A stretch of DNA of 64,000 nucleotides. Origin: an uncultured Rivularia sp. Lineage in GTDB: Bacteria; Cyanobacteriota; Cyanobacteriia; Cyanobacteriales; Nostocaceae. This document shows, one piece after another, positions 21,355-33,018 of the stretch (the first letter of the stretch is position 1; each line of letters opens with the position of its first letter). The notes under the pieces are model-generated. The model was not told the origin of the DNA. It was given only the letters and a program-made list of their open reading frames with translations, and made no database searches. Position numbers and translations under genes: made by a program. Where the stretch lies: NCBI GenBank assembly GCA_963665115.1, contig OY762007.1, positions 5,632,001 through 5,696,000 of the forward strand, read 5' to 3'.

Positions 21355-22014
21355 ATGAAATTCACGAATCGCTGGCTGTTTCTGACTATTGGTTTAGTTG
21401 TACTTGTAGTTTTTGGCTTCGGAGGCTATCAACTTGGGCGCTTTTTCTTACGCGAACCCACAGCAGATAGTGTGGCAAACAAAAAACCTCAAAAGGATAA
21501 CAAAGTAAAAATAAGTTTGGGTAATTTTGAGGAACTTGAAGGTACACCTTATTTAATGGCACCCGTTAATTCTCAACCAAACGATCGTCAAGATTATTCT
21601 GAAAAAAAAGCATTAACTATCCGTAACTATTTATTTGTAAATGCTAACGATAAATCAGCACAGCGATTAGTGCCCGAAAATGACTTGTTGTTTGTGAATG
21701 CCCAAAAAGTAGTTCTAGAAAGACGTGACGATAAAATCGTCAGAGGGATGTGGTATGAAGTGGTTAAAGCTGATAGCAACAAAGATAAAATTTTAGATAA
21801 TAGGGATAAGAAAATTATTGCCGTTTCTGATGTTTCGGGAAACGATTATACAGAAGTTATTGATGAAGTGGATAGATTCTTAGGTTCGCATCAAAAGAAT
21901 TCAACCACTTTATTAGTTTTTTACGAACTTGATGGTAGAGAATACATCGGCGAAATTGATATTCTCAAACGTGTATTAGTTGAAAATCAAGTATTACCTT
22001 CGGTTAGGGAGTAG
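21355..22014 (+). CDS. Membrane-anchored hypothetical protein with a DSNKDKILD calcium-loop-like motif
   Basis: N-terminal TM helix; DxNxDxxLD loop; start moved to ATG 21355. Confidence 0.75.
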   Translation: MKFTNRWLFLTIGLVVLVVFGFGGYQLGRFFLREPTADSVANKKPQKDNKVKISLGNFEELEGTPYLMAPVNSQPNDRQDYSEKKALTIRNYLFVNANDKSAQRLVPENDLLFVNAQKVVLERRDDKIVRGMWYEVVKADSNKDKILDNRDKKIIAVSDVSGNDYTEVIDEVDRFLGSHQKNSTTLLVFYELDGREYIGEIDILKRVLVENQVLPSVRE

Positions 22015-22058
22015 GAGTTGGGAGTTGGCAGTAGAAAGTGGAGAGTAGAGAGTAGAAA

Positions 22059-22201
22059 GTAGGTTGGGTTAAGCGCACGACTAATAATTTTCAAGTAGAA
22101 ATTGATTGAAGCGCTGTAACCCAACATCTTTTTTCTCTAATTATCTCAGACACTGATGTTGGATTACTATTCATCTTTTTTTCCTGTCTAACCCAACCTA
22201 C
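22059..22201. repeat. GTAG-type REP doublet (REPIN-like) between convergent genes
   Basis: Perfect 13-bp terminal IR GTAGGTTGGGTTA/TAACCCAACCTAC; inner IR GTAACCCAACATC/GATGTTGGATTAC. Confidence 0.8.
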
Positions 22202-22209
22202 TTTTTAAA

Positions 22210-24102
22210 CTACTGCATCATTTGGTTATTAGGATGAAAGTAATCGTAAATTTCTTGTGCCAAACGCGGTCCAATTCCGGAAACTTCGGCTATTTGCGCG
22301 GGTGTTGCTAAGCGAATGTAATCTATTGAACGAAAATGCGCTAAAAGTTGTTGTTGCCGATTGTGTCCCAAACCTGGTATTTCATCCAAGCGCGATCGCC
22401 TTAATTTTGCGGTGCGTTGTTGGCGGTGGAAGGTGACTGCAAAACGGTGGGCTTCGTCGCGCAAACGTCGCAGAAGTTGGACTCCGGGTTGTTCGGCTTC
22501 TGTTTTTAACGGTATAGATTCTCCTGGTACGAATATTTCTTCCCGTCGTTTGGCTAGACTGACAACTCGCACGTCTTCTAATAAGTTCATTTCTCGCAAA
22601 ACTGCTACCACAGAAGATAATTGTCCTTTTCCACCGTCTATCATTACTAAGTCGGGAAAATCGGGATTACCCATTCTTTGCAATTGCGGATCTTCTATAT
22701 ATTTGCGAAAGCGTCTGCCGATAACTTCAGCTAAGGAAGCAAAATCATCTGAGTGACCGATTTGAATCTCAGGATTTCTAATTTTATAGTGCCGATAATG
22801 TTGTTTTGCCGGTAAACCATCGATAAACACTACTTGCGAAGCTACCGCATTTGAACCTTGAATGTGGGAAATATCGTAACCTTCGATGCGATGGGGCAAC
22901 TCGGGTAAATCGATGATGGCGGTTAAATCTTGCAGTGCTAAAGTATTGCGATCGCCAAGTTTTTGCATTCTTTGCAATTCATAGTTGGCGTTTCGCTCTA
23001 CCATTTCAATCAATTCTGCTTTAAGTTGGCGCTGGGGATTAACAATGGTGACTTTTCTTCCTTTACGCTGGCTCAACGCTTCCGCTAAAATTTCTGCATC
23101 CGGTAAATCGTGCTGAACGATAATTTCTGTAGGAATTTCTACTGAGTCGGCAGTTTGATAATGTTCTTCTAATACACGTTGCAAAATAGCTCCAAATCCA
23201 GCTTGTGCATCGGCTATAAACGCAAGTCTTCCTACTAATTGTCCGGCGCGAATCTGAAATAACTGAATGCAGCCGTGTTTGTCGTCTGCGGCTAAAGCAA
23301 TGGCATCGCGAGAAATTGTATCATCTGGTAAAGATACTTTTTGGTCAGCATTTAACGATTTCAACCCGGCGATTTGATCTCTTCTACGCGCCGCTGTTTC
23401 AAAGTTTAATTCTTCGGATGCTCGATCCATCTGTTCGGTGAGTGTATCAATTAACTCAGAAGTCCGACCTTGAAAAACCATCGCCACCTTTTGTACAATT
23501 TTGCGGTATTCTTCCGGTGTAACTAATTGCTGACAAACACCCGGACATCTTCCCAAATCGTAGTTTAAACAAGGTCTGTCCTTGAACACCGGTTGCGGTC
23601 GTTGTCTTAGAGGAAATATCCGCTTACACAAATGTAATATTCCCCGTAACAAACGAGAATCAGTATATGGTCCGTAATATTTGTCTTTTTCTTTACCAAG
23701 TCTGCGTTTGCGAGTGATGAAAATTCTCGGATATGTTTCAGACCAAGTTATACAAACGTAAGGATACTTTTTATCATCCTTGAGCAGCACGTTGAAATGT
23801 GGCTGATGCTGCTTAATCAAGTTAGCTTCTAAAGCTAGTGCTTCGGCTTCGGTATCGGTGACAATAAATTCGATATCCGTCACCAGTCTTACCATCATTG
23901 CAATGCGATCGCTAAGTTTTTGCGACTCTCGGAAATAAGAACGAACCCGCGATCGCAATTTTCGTGATTTACCTATATATACGATGCGATCGGTTGCATC
24001 CCGCATCAAATAAACCCCCGGCTCTGGGGGAATCTCTTTTAAACGATTTTCCAGACGTTCTGGATTTTTTAACAGTGGTAAAGCTTCAGCAGATTTTGTC
24101 AC
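22210..24102 (-). CDS. uvrC: Excinuclease ABC subunit C
   Basis: GIY-YIG (PGVY, YIGKS), UVR domain, [20 protein letters not shown], HhH tail. Confidence 0.98.
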   Translation of the reverse strand: MTKSAEALPLLKNPERLENRLKEIPPEPGVYLMRDATDRIVYIGKSRKLRSRVRSYFRESQKLSDRIAMMVRLVTDIEFIVTDTEAEALALEANLIKQHQPHFNVLLKDDKKYPYVCITWSETYPRIFITRKRRLGKEKDKYYGPYTDSRLLRGILHLCKRIFPLRQRPQPVFKDRPCLNYDLGRCPGVCQQLVTPEEYRKIVQKVAMVFQGRTSELIDTLTEQMDRASEELNFETAARRRDQIAGLKSLNADQKVSLPDDTISRDAIALAADDKHGCIQLFQIRAGQLVGRLAFIADAQAGFGAILQRVLEEHYQTADSVEIPTEIIVQHDLPDAEILAEALSQRKGRKVTIVNPQRQLKAELIEMVERNANYELQRMQKLGDRNTLALQDLTAIIDLPELPHRIEGYDISHIQGSNAVASQVVFIDGLPAKQHYRHYKIRNPEIQIGHSDDFASLAEVIGRRFRKYIEDPQLQRMGNPDFPDLVMIDGGKGQLSSVVAVLREMNLLEDVRVVSLAKRREEIFVPGESIPLKTEAEQPGVQLLRRLRDEAHRFAVTFHRQQRTAKLRRSRLDEIPGLGHNRQQQLLAHFRSIDYIRLATPAQIAEVSGIGPRLAQEIYDYFHPNNQMMQ

Positions 24103-24692
24103 AATTAAAGCCTGAAATTTTTGGAAATCGACCCATCTTTACTATTTTAGGTAAAATCACCTTTGTTGTACGCGGATTTTATTTTTATCCTCCAAGCATT
24201 TTATTTCTGGTGTTAATTCGATAATTCACTGCTTTACAGATGCTTTCCAAATACTCAATCTTGATACGTTTTTGATGGCAAAGCACGATTGTAATTACTA
24301 TTTCTTCAAACTTTCTTGTCAATTAATTATAAAATATTGGAAAACTAGTAAGGATTCTTTTAAACCTGGGATTAACTTAATTATTTACATCTTAGCTAAA
24401 GCGATATAATATCAATTTTGACCCATTCCTTCGTAAATTCTCTACATTCAGGACTTCGATCATCATAAATTCGTTATATTCATCTAACTAAAATAAGCAA
24501 GATGACCTATTATTCCCAAAACCCCTAAATATTAAGAGAATCAACGGATTTATAGACTTGAACCAAATGAGTATGATTGGTATAAATCAAACTTACCCGT
24601 CTGTGACGAATTCATGTATAGTTTGATATTATTTTCCTCATTCGTACTCACTACCAATTTAATTTATAAAAAATATTTAAGGAGATAAAAAT

Positions 24693-24911
24693 ATGAATTC
24701 GCAAGATTTTGAATCCCAGTATCGTGAAACGATGAATGAAACGCTCAACGAACTGCAATCAGCTATTTTGCTGTTAGCGCAAGCTCAACGAAAAATCTCT
24801 ATAATCGGTTCTTCCGTACAAAGCTTGAGTCAAAGTGTAGAAGAACATCTAATTCAGCAAAAATCCGAACGTAATCCGAATCAAATTATCGGTGAAAGTC
24901 AATTAAAGTAA
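24693..24911 (+). CDS. Small coiled-coil hypothetical protein
   Basis: 72 aa, strong RBS AAGGAG, heptad pattern. Confidence 0.7.
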   Translation: MNSQDFESQYRETMNETLNELQSAILLLAQAQRKISIIGSSVQSLSQSVEEHLIQQKSERNPNQIIGESQLK

Positions 24912-24914
24912 ATC

Positions 24915-25343
24915 TCATTTTTGGCTACAAGATAACTCTTTTTCAATAGCTTGGGTAAGCTCGGTAAGAATTACTGGTTTAACAAAATAGCGACGAGCGC
25001 CCAAATATATAGCTCGTTCGCAATCCGATTTAAAAGCTAACCCCGAAACTATAATTACGGGGATTTTTGCTGTTAGAGAATTTTGCTGCATTTTTTCTAG
25101 CAACAAGAAACCGTCAATATCGGGCAATTTTAAATCCAATACAACTAAATTTGGTCGAAAAGTTTCTACTGTAGAGAAAAACTTTGAACCATTAGCTAAG
25201 CCTTTAACTTGGTATCCACAAAAATTTAAGCAATCGCTCAGCAACATTCGATTCGTATCATTATCTTCAACTAGTAAAACTTTTTCACTGCAATGTGACT
25301 TGAATTGCTGCTCTACATTTATTAGCTGCGCTGTCGTTTTCAT
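24915..25343 (-). CDS. Single-domain response regulator
   Basis: VLLVED, LDLKLPDIDG, S and KP receiver motifs. Confidence 0.9.
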   Translation of the reverse strand: MKTTAQLINVEQQFKSHCSEKVLLVEDNDTNRMLLSDCLNFCGYQVKGLANGSKFFSTVETFRPNLVVLDLKLPDIDGFLLLEKMQQNSLTAKIPVIIVSGLAFKSDCERAIYLGARRYFVKPVILTELTQAIEKELSCSQK

Positions 25344-25889
25344 CTATCACTTTCGCTCACGAGTCAATGATTCGTAAAAGAATGTAACAATATCTAATTT
25401 TTAGATTTATTTGAATTTATACACTTAAATAAAAGTTATCTTGCCAAGAATCCTATCAACTAAATTTAGCTTAGCTATTGTTTGTGCTTATGATAAATAT
25501 TAACTTATAACAAGAATTTAAGACAAAGTTAAACTCATCTTTAACATAATCTTAAATCTTCACGAGAATTTCATATTTTTTTTACAATACACTACCTAGT
25601 TACAACTTATCTGTATATTTACTAGCTGAATAATATATTTAGCGTAAAATATAATTCTTAATACGAAAACCGTTGCTAAATATATTAAGGATTATAAAAA
25701 TAGTTTTTGTAAAGGATTCAATATTTGGGTTAATAAAAAATTTTGCATTCCTTATACAGTTTAAATGTAGCGACAGAAAATAGATGCACCTTTAATCAAA
25801 GATTTCGTAGATAATTTTTGAAATAAAGTTAAATTAAAGGAAATAAATCAAATTATATCAAATATTATTCTACGCAATTGTGGTGATAA

Positions 25890-26432
25890 TCACTCAACTA
25901 ATGTCTGCCTATTTTTTGCTGTTTGATGTTTTGCAGCAAGCAAGAAAAATGTAATTAATCCTAGCAGTGCAGAAGGTTCGGGAACCTTTTCTCTCTTAGA
26001 AGCTCCGGATAAATACACATTAGTATATAGCTCCTCGCCCTGCGATGCAGTAAACTCAGTATTGTATATTATGTGTTTACGTCCGTTGACAGTTTTGACT
26101 TGAGTCGTATTAGCAGCTTGAACCGATTCTATAGTACGTCTGGCTTTTTTCAAAAATGAATTATCGATTGAATTTGTATTATCGTTTTTCTTAAGTTTGT
26201 CGTAGGAATCAAATTCGGGAAAGGAGATACAAGAATCTGCTTCTTTGCACTTTTGTGTCTCTACCAAAATATCTTTTCTATCATCTGATGCTTGGTTGTC
26301 TGGAGTTTTTGCTAAATCATCGTTACTATTAAAATTTTTGAGCGAACCTGCTTGTGCTGGGGCTGTAGCGCTTGCACTAATTATCGTACCAAGTAATACG
26401 TAATTACGAACTTTTTTTATAGTTATTGTCAT
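25890..26432 (-). CDS. PEP-CTERM sorting domain protein
   Basis: Signal peptide (APAQA); C-terminal VPEPSALLGL-hydrophobic-basic tail; RBS AAGGAG. Confidence 0.85.
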   Translation of the reverse strand: MTITIKKVRNYVLLGTIISASATAPAQAGSLKNFNSNDDLAKTPDNQASDDRKDILVETQKCKEADSCISFPEFDSYDKLKKNDNTNSIDNSFLKKARRTIESVQAANTTQVKTVNGRKHIIYNTEFTASQGEELYTNVYLSGASKREKVPEPSALLGLITFFLLAAKHQTAKNRQTLVE

Positions 26433-26661
26433 GGACGCAATCGCTCCTTAAAACTAAAAAAACAAGTAATTGATACTCCCCTTTGTTCTGAATGCAATTA
26501 CATTACTCTTAAAGGATATTAAATCCGATAAAGGTAAGTATACTGCTTTCATCTGCGAAAAAATAATGCACAAAATATGTAATACTTGGTCAAGTTTAAC
26601 CGAGTAACACTGTAATTGCCGATACTAATTCCTTAAATTTGTATAAACCTTAAATTAAGAT

Positions 26662-27865
26662 TTAATGAACCAACTGCGAAAACTGGGATATCTTATTTAC
26701 AGCAGCTTCTAAGACAGATGGTTCGCGAACTAATGCAAAGCGCACGTAACCCTCTCCCGACTTACCAAAGCCAGCACCAGGGGAAGCCGCAACACCCGTA
26801 TTTTCCACTAAATCCTTACAAAATTGAATAGAATCTTTACCATAATGTTTCGGTAGCTTTGCCCAAACATACATTGTGGCTTTTGGCATAGGAACCTCCC
26901 AACCGATGCGGTGTAAAGCATTGACAAAAGCATCGCGGCGTTTTTGGAAGCTATTTACATTCTTCTTTATTCCCGATTGCGGCCCCACTTAAAGCGGCGA
27001 TCGCACCATTTAAGATTCCTCGATACTGATTAAAGTCAACTGCTGCTTTTACCCGACGCAAGGCTCCAATCAACTCGCGATTACCAATAGCAAAGCCAAT
27101 GCGAAAACCGCCCATGTTGTAAGACTTGGACAAGGTAAAAAATTCAATCGAGATACTTTTTGTCTTATCGGCTTGCAAAATTGAAGGAGCAATATGGTGT
27201 GGATTAGTTTCTTGCGCTTCCGGCTCGGTAAATACTAAATCCACATAGGGAAAATCGTGAACCAAAACAATATCGTGCTGCTGACAAAAAGAAACAGCTT
27301 TTTCAAAGAAAGATAACGGTGCGATCGCAGCAGTAGGATTGTGTGGATAGCTCAATACCATCATTCGCGATTGCGCTAAGACTGCGGCTGGAATTTGCTC
27401 AAATACAGGTAAAAAATCGTTTTCTTCCCGTAAAGGCATAGGATAAATTTGACCGTTCGCTAAATAAACTCCCCCGGCGTGAGAAGGATAGCCAGGATCG
27501 AGTAATAAAGCAAAATCCCCAGGATTTAAAATAGCTAAAGGTAAATGTGCCGTTCCCTCTTGAGAACCAATCAGGGGTAGCACTTCAGTTTCTGGATCTA
27601 CCGAAATACCAAATCGAAGTGAATACCATTGAGATGCTGCATAGCGAAACTCTTGAGTCCCATTAAACAACAGATATCCGTGAGTACTCTTATCGTATAA
27701 AGACTCAGCTATGGCTTCAATGACATGGCTTTCTGCGGGTAAATCGGAAGATCCCAAAGACAGATCAATTATCTGACGACCATTAGCCAAAGCCTTAGCC
27801 TTCGCAATGTCCATATCTGCGAACACATTGGATTGCAGGGGTTCTAAACGCTTGGCAAATTGCAT
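26662..27865 (-). CDS. Class I PLP aminotransferase (LL-diaminopimelate aminotransferase-like), split by an extra base at 26983-26986
   Basis: GSQEG, YPHNPT, DFPY, SKSYNMGGFRIG, PGAGFG...GEGYVRFAL. Removing one base gives ALSGPQSG. Confidence 0.88.
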
Positions 27866-27954
27866 CTTTTATATTAGTTGTTAGTGGTTAGTTGTTAGTT
27901 GCTAGTTCTTTAAATTATCATTTTTACTAACTACTAACCACTATCTACTAATTA

Positions 27955-28287
27955 CTAACTACTTAAATGAGTATCTAATAAATTCATCAATTTATCCTTA
28001 TTAACAACTCCTTCACTTGAAGCTAATACTTTATCTCCTTGCATAAGTCGCAAAGCAGGAACACCTTCCACCTGATATTGCTTAACTGAAACTGGATTGG
28101 GGTCAACTTCCATTTTGACCACCTTAAGCTTGTCGCTATACTTCTGGGCAGCAGCGCTAATCGCTGGGGACATCAACTTACAAGGTCCGCACCAAGAAGC
28201 CCAAAAATAGACTAATACAGGCTTTTCGGCTTGCAGTACTTCCTGGTCAAAATTTGCATCGTTGATATTGTTTACACCCTCGCTCAT
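27955..28287 (-). CDS. Thioredoxin
   Basis: WASWCGPC active site; start moved to ATG 28287. Confidence 0.93.
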   Translation of the reverse strand: MSEGVNNINDANFDQEVLQAEKPVLVYFWASWCGPCKLMSPAISAAAQKYSDKLKVVKMEVDPNPVSVKQYQVEGVPALRLMQGDKVLASSEGVVNKDKLMNLLDTHLSS

Positions 28288-28375
28288 ATTAATCTCCACC
28301 TAATAGCATCTTTTATAGTTACACAGATTTAATGTATCCCAATTTGTTGTCCTGAAACTAGTAGCTGTGGGAAGA

Positions 28376-28486
28376 GGATGGGGAGATGGCGAGACAAGGG
28401 GACAAGCGGGCAAGGGGACAAGGAGAAAAATAATTGGTAATTGTTAATTGGTAATTGGTAATTGTTAATTGGTAATTGGTAATTGT
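28376..28486. repeat. STRR tracts (GGGGACA-type then TAATTGG/TAATTGT)
   Basis: Tandem heptamers read directly. Confidence 0.85.
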
Positions 28487-28560
28487 TCACTGAAAAATCC
28501 CGCAACCTTATGGGCTGTGGGATAGTTATAAACATTTGAATTGAATTAAAATCTCAAAAA

Positions 28561-29352
28561 CTACATTTGGTCTAATTCTTTGCGTAGTGATTCCAATTCA
28601 GAATCCACTGGTTCGCTGTTTTTCTTCTCACTTGCTTGACTACTGTCAGTTTGTTCTGCTGGTAGTTGGGGTTGGCTTGCTGTTCCGCTTCCTGGTAGAG
28701 TCATTTGTGCTTTTAAAGCAGCTAATTCATCATCGACACCGGAACTACCTTCTAGCTTTGCAAATTGACTTTCTAAGTCAGCACCAGCTAATTCTCCTGC
28801 CGATTGAGCGCGTGCTTCTTGCATCAACACTTTTTCTTCCATGCGCTCGAATGCAGCAGTTGCACCGCTGCTATTCATCCCAGTTACCATTCCTTCGAGT
28901 TGCTCTTGGGCTTTAGCTGCTCTTACCCGCGCTTTGAGCATATCTTTCTTGGTTTTGGCCTCAGAAATTTTGCTCTCTAACTGCATTAAGCTGCGCTTAA
29001 GATTATCAACTTGAGCGGTTTGCTGATCTAAACTTCCCTTTAGACTGGTTGCAGTATCAGTAAAGGATTTCTTGCGCTCTAAGGCTTGACGAGCTAGGTT
29101 TTCATCGCCCTTTTGCAGCGCTAGCATTGCATTACGCTGCCATTTATTAAGTTCATTATTAGCATCGTTATACTGCTTCTCTGTACGTTTTTGAGCAGCA
29201 ATCGCTTGAGCAACCCCCTGACGCAAACGAACCAAGTCTTCCTGCATCTCGATGATGGCTTGATCGAGAATTTTTTCTGGATCTTCGGCTTTGCTTACTA
29301 AGTCGTTAAGGTTGGCGCTTACTACTCGTTTAACGCGGTCAAATAATCCCAT
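28561..29352 (-). CDS. vipp1: Vipp1/IM30 (PspA family with C-terminal extension)
   Basis: MGLFDRVKRVV.ANLN...AEDPEKIL; C-terminal extension ending DSELESLRKELDQM. Confidence 0.9.
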   Translation of the reverse strand: MGLFDRVKRVVSANLNDLVSKAEDPEKILDQAIIEMQEDLVRLRQGVAQAIAAQKRTEKQYNDANNELNKWQRNAMLALQKGDENLARQALERKKSFTDTATSLKGSLDQQTAQVDNLKRSLMQLESKISEAKTKKDMLKARVRAAKAQEQLEGMVTGMNSSGATAAFERMEEKVLMQEARAQSAGELAGADLESQFAKLEGSSGVDDELAALKAQMTLPGSGTASQPQLPAEQTDSSQASEKKNSEPVDSELESLRKELDQM

Positions 29353-29518
29353 AATTTTTTCCTCTTGAGATTTACGCTCTTGCGATCAAAAGTTAACTTT
29401 TTTACTACTTATATAGTTCCCTATTTCAGGGTAATCTGACTCTTCTCAATTAGTCCTCCCCATAACCCCCAATTCTTAAAAGAAATATTACAGGCATGAG
29501 TTATAAAATTTCATTTAA

Positions 29519-30208
29519 CTACTGGGGAGGCTGTTGATTTTTTTGCGTACTACCCGGAAGTTGTGCTTTCATTGCCGAAAGTTCGGCATCTACATCATCA
29601 CTTTCGCTTAAGCTCGCAAATTTATTTTCTAATTCGTCTGTGTCAGATACTGCAATTGCTTCTTGTTTTGCTTCTAATTCTAAAAGTTTGTCTTCCATTT
29701 TCTCAAAAGCCTTAAGCGAGCTGGTATCGCCAGTTTCACCAAGCATTTCTTGAAGTCGCAAAGAAGCTTCAGCAGAACGAGCGCGAGCAATATACATATC
29801 TTTCTTTGTTTTAGCTTCAGAGATTTTTAACTCTAAAGCCTGCATATCTTTTTTTAGTTTAGCGACTAAAGTTTTTTGTTGCCCAATTTGTTCTGCAAGT
29901 GCAGTCGAACTTTGTTGGTAAGCTTTACGTTTAGTAAGGGCTTCTCGCGCTAAAGCCTCATTACCTTGTTCCAAAGCCATTTGAGCGCGACGATACCATT
30001 CCTCTTCTGTAGAATGGGCTTGAGCCGCTTGTCGTTCGGTACGTTTTTGAGTGGCGATCGCCTGCGCTACTCCTTGTCGCATCCGCACTAAATTCTCCTG
30101 CATCTCATAAACGGCTTGTTCCAGAATTTTCTCTGGATCTTCCCGTTTTGCCGTCCAATCATTAACGTTTGAACGAAATAAGCGCCCGATACGCTCCATC
30201 AGCCCCAT
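29519..30208 (-). CDS. pspA: PspA family protein without Vipp1 extension
   Basis: EDPEKILEQ, AFEKMEDK, DVDAEL; shorter tandem paralog. Confidence 0.85.
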   Translation of the reverse strand: MGLMERIGRLFRSNVNDWTAKREDPEKILEQAVYEMQENLVRMRQGVAQAIATQKRTERQAAQAHSTEEEWYRRAQMALEQGNEALAREALTKRKAYQQSSTALAEQIGQQKTLVAKLKKDMQALELKISEAKTKKDMYIARARSAEASLRLQEMLGETGDTSSLKAFEKMEDKLLELEAKQEAIAVSDTDELENKFASLSESDDVDAELSAMKAQLPGSTQKNQQPPQ

Positions 30209-30522
30209 AAGTTAAGCCTCCATTTTTCAGTTATCAGTTAACAATTATCAATTATCAGTTATCAGTTATCAGTTATCAGTTATTTTAAAAGCGAGGAGAA
30301 TAGAATCATTACAAACCAGAGGGTAGATACCGCAAGACTTCCCAGGCTGCGTTAAGTAATTCATCATCCAATCAACAAATAAATACCAATACAGTCCAGA
30401 TTTAAGCAACTCATGCTTGTGTTGCATTCAACTGAAAACCCCTACATTCATCTTGCACAGATAATTACATTGTCAACTGAAGGCTCTTAATTGTTAACCC
30501 CTAACTCCTAACTCCTAACTAT

Positions 30523-31818
30523 TTAACTGTCTGGTTCTTCTACCCTTGCCGTAATTCCCTTTTCTTTAAGAAGTTCTAAATGGTTTTTTAATCTTGTTTT
30601 GGATTTAAAAGCACCTAAGTAAACATATTTGCCTTCTGGAGATAAATATGCATCTGGAATTACCTTTTTAACCTCGGCTAAAGTATTGCCTGTATTATCT
30701 ACGATGACATTATAAAATCCACCATTTGTTGGTTCTATTTCATCAATATTTTGAGGTGTTGTTGCTGCTTCGGTTTCGGGAACAGGCGATTCAGGAGCAG
30801 GAGTATTTGCAACGGGGGGCGACATCTGTTCCACTGTGGTTGTTCTTTCTACTGGAGCCGGGCTTGCAACAGTCGTTGGTTTTGCTACTGGGGTTGGTTT
30901 GGCTCTGGGGGTTGCCCCTGCAACATCATCAATACTATTTATATTTGGAAGCGCATCATTTGAAAGATTGGGATTTCTGGATACGGGGGGCGCTAATTTT
31001 TTATCGTTTGCATTTACATCACTAACTGTTTGCGTATTTTCACTACTGCCAATTTCTTGGTCGCGTTTAAACAATCCGCCTAAGCTCAAGGTCGGTAGGT
31101 CGTCTAAGTTGAAAATAATATAGCCAAAGGTGATGCTTGATACTAAAAGTAATAGCATCGAACCAATACTCAAAGGCGACAGCAGACTATCATTATTATT
31201 TTTTGGCTTTTTGGTTTGGGGCTGTTGTTCTTCTTGTAAGCTTCGCAGCAAAGCTTCGGAAGATTCTAAATAATCGTCAGGTTGCTTTGTTGTGTCATTC
31301 TTTGGCGGGGATATATTTCCCGGAGGTGTATTCCGATTAATATCCGCTTTAACAATGCTGCTTTGGTTTTGAGCATTCGTTGTCGTTTCAGGAAATGGTA
31401 CTTGCTCTTGGCTAGAAGGATTTTGAGGAAGCGGAATTTCAGAAGTCTCTTTGTTAGAAGTTACTTTTGGGAAAGTTTCTGGAGCAGGAGGAGGTGGAGG
31501 AGGTGGTGTTTTAATTTCGTTCCCTGAAATGCTCGCTTGCTGCTGTCTAATATAAGCCGCAGCTTCTTTACCCGTTAAGCTTTGCTGTGACTGAACAGAG
31601 CCAGCAGTTATAGCGTTTTGAATTGGCGATTTAGCAGCTATCAAACTACCAAGACTTTTTTGAATTGGGGTTCTATGTGCAATTCGCGTTCGACGATATC
31701 GCGACAACTCTTCATCAAGCTGTACTTCCAGACTTGCCAGAGCCGCACTAATTGCCGGTTTTAGATTTGATGTTTTAGATGTTTGTAACCCAGAATAATA
31801 TAGGGGGTTTTCACTCAT
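30523..31818 (-). CDS. Bitopic protein with Pro/Thr-rich linkers and C-terminal SPOR-like domain
   Basis: N-terminal LASLEVQLDEELSRYRR, DDYLESSEALLRSL, one TM helix, C-terminal YLGAF...L.EKGI.A.V. Confidence 0.75.
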   Translation of the reverse strand: MSENPLYYSGLQTSKTSNLKPAISAALASLEVQLDEELSRYRRTRIAHRTPIQKSLGSLIAAKSPIQNAITAGSVQSQQSLTGKEAAAYIRQQQASISGNEIKTPPPPPPPAPETFPKVTSNKETSEIPLPQNPSSQEQVPFPETTTNAQNQSSIVKADINRNTPPGNISPPKNDTTKQPDDYLESSEALLRSLQEEQQPQTKKPKNNNDSLLSPLSIGSMLLLLVSSITFGYIIFNLDDLPTLSLGGLFKRDQEIGSSENTQTVSDVNANDKKLAPPVSRNPNLSNDALPNINSIDDVAGATPRAKPTPVAKPTTVASPAPVERTTTVEQMSPPVANTPAPESPVPETEAATTPQNIDEIEPTNGGFYNVIVDNTGNTLAEVKKVIPDAYLSPEGKYVYLGAFKSKTRLKNHLELLKEKGITARVEEPDS

Positions 31819-32086
31819 AGCCCATGTGCCTCCGTACCTACAGCCAGATTATCCAATATGTAACAATTTTTTCGCGTAAAATTTAGGCAGGTTTCCCTGA
31901 TTGAGTCGGTAGCCCCAATCCAGATCGGTATCTCCCACAATGCCGGGAAAAGCTTTTATCAAACCTGTCCCAATTTTTAGGAGTATAGGGGGGTAAAACA
32001 GATACCCGCTTTGCTAATCCTAGCGAAAATTATCATAGTTATATAATTTCACCAAAATGTAATTCCTGCCAAAAGGCTTATTCAAG

Positions 32087-32632
32087 ATGTCTTTTCAATC
32101 AATTCCAGAAATTTTAGAACGACTCCAAATTGAAGCTTTATACCAGCAACAGCCTTTACAACGGTTGCTTGATTGTTGGCAAGAAGTTGTGGGAAAAGTT
32201 ATTGCCACTCATACCCAGCCAATATCTATTGAACGGGACGTTTTGTGGGTTGCGACTTCGGGGGCTGCTTGGGCGCAAAACTTAACTTTTGAACGCCACA
32301 GATTGCTAAAAAAGCTAAACAAAATATTACCAACCCCCTTAGTAGATATACGTTTTTCTACCGCTCGTTGGCAGCCTACCAAAAAAAAATCCTCTACGCA
32401 ACAAAATATTTCGTCCATAGAGCATCCAAGCTATTTAGGAAACAACGTAAATCAAAACCCGAATCTTCACTATCGACCCCTTTGCCCTCATACTGCTTTT
32501 GCTAATTGGACTGAAACAATAAAAACGCGATATTTAGATTTACCCCTTTGCCCTAACTGTGAATCTCCCGCTCCCAAGGGAGAATTAGAACGCTGGGGTG
32601 TTTGTTCGATTTGTGCTGCTAGGTCTTTTTGA
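32087..32632 (+). CDS. DUF721/DciA-like protein with C-terminal zinc ribbon
   Basis: W..VVG..IA.HTQP...L.VA...AAWAQ.L; CPNC...CSIC. Confidence 0.85.
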   Translation: MSFQSIPEILERLQIEALYQQQPLQRLLDCWQEVVGKVIATHTQPISIERDVLWVATSGAAWAQNLTFERHRLLKKLNKILPTPLVDIRFSTARWQPTKKKSSTQQNISSIEHPSYLGNNVNQNPNLHYRPLCPHTAFANWTETIKTRYLDLPLCPNCESPAPKGELERWGVCSICAARSF

Positions 32633-33018
32633 ATGGGGAGCAGAGAAACGTTAAAAGCATAATTGATAATTCATTGATAATTATCCCTCTTATCTTGACA
32701 TCTGGGATAAACGAATTAGTTTGAGAAAGTACTCCTTAAAGCCGATTGTAGCTATGCTCCTAATAAGAAAGCAGGTTGATTAATCTCGATCCCTAGTTGG
32801 TTTGGGCATGAAAGCAATCGGGTACTTTTCAATAAGTTTGTTGCTTTTTCGTTACAAAAAAATTGAAAAATATGACACAAACATAAAGAGATTATAAAGC
32901 TATTTTATGATTGGGATCGTGAAAACTTATATAGACTCAAGGCTTTATCGGTTTATTCAGTATTTCTATCTAGGAGCAGAATAGGAGATGTAAATCAGTA
33001 GAGCATACGGCATTAAAA

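Noticed and set aside
26612..26625. GTA-N8-TAC upstream of the PEP-CTERM gene
   Set aside because: No TAN3T at 22-23 nt spacing in the gene's direction, and the motif occurs often by chance; a repressor site cannot be excluded.
28561..30208. Tandem PspA-family duplication as a novelty
   Set aside because: Adjacent pspA and vipp1 genes are already known in filamentous cyanobacteria.
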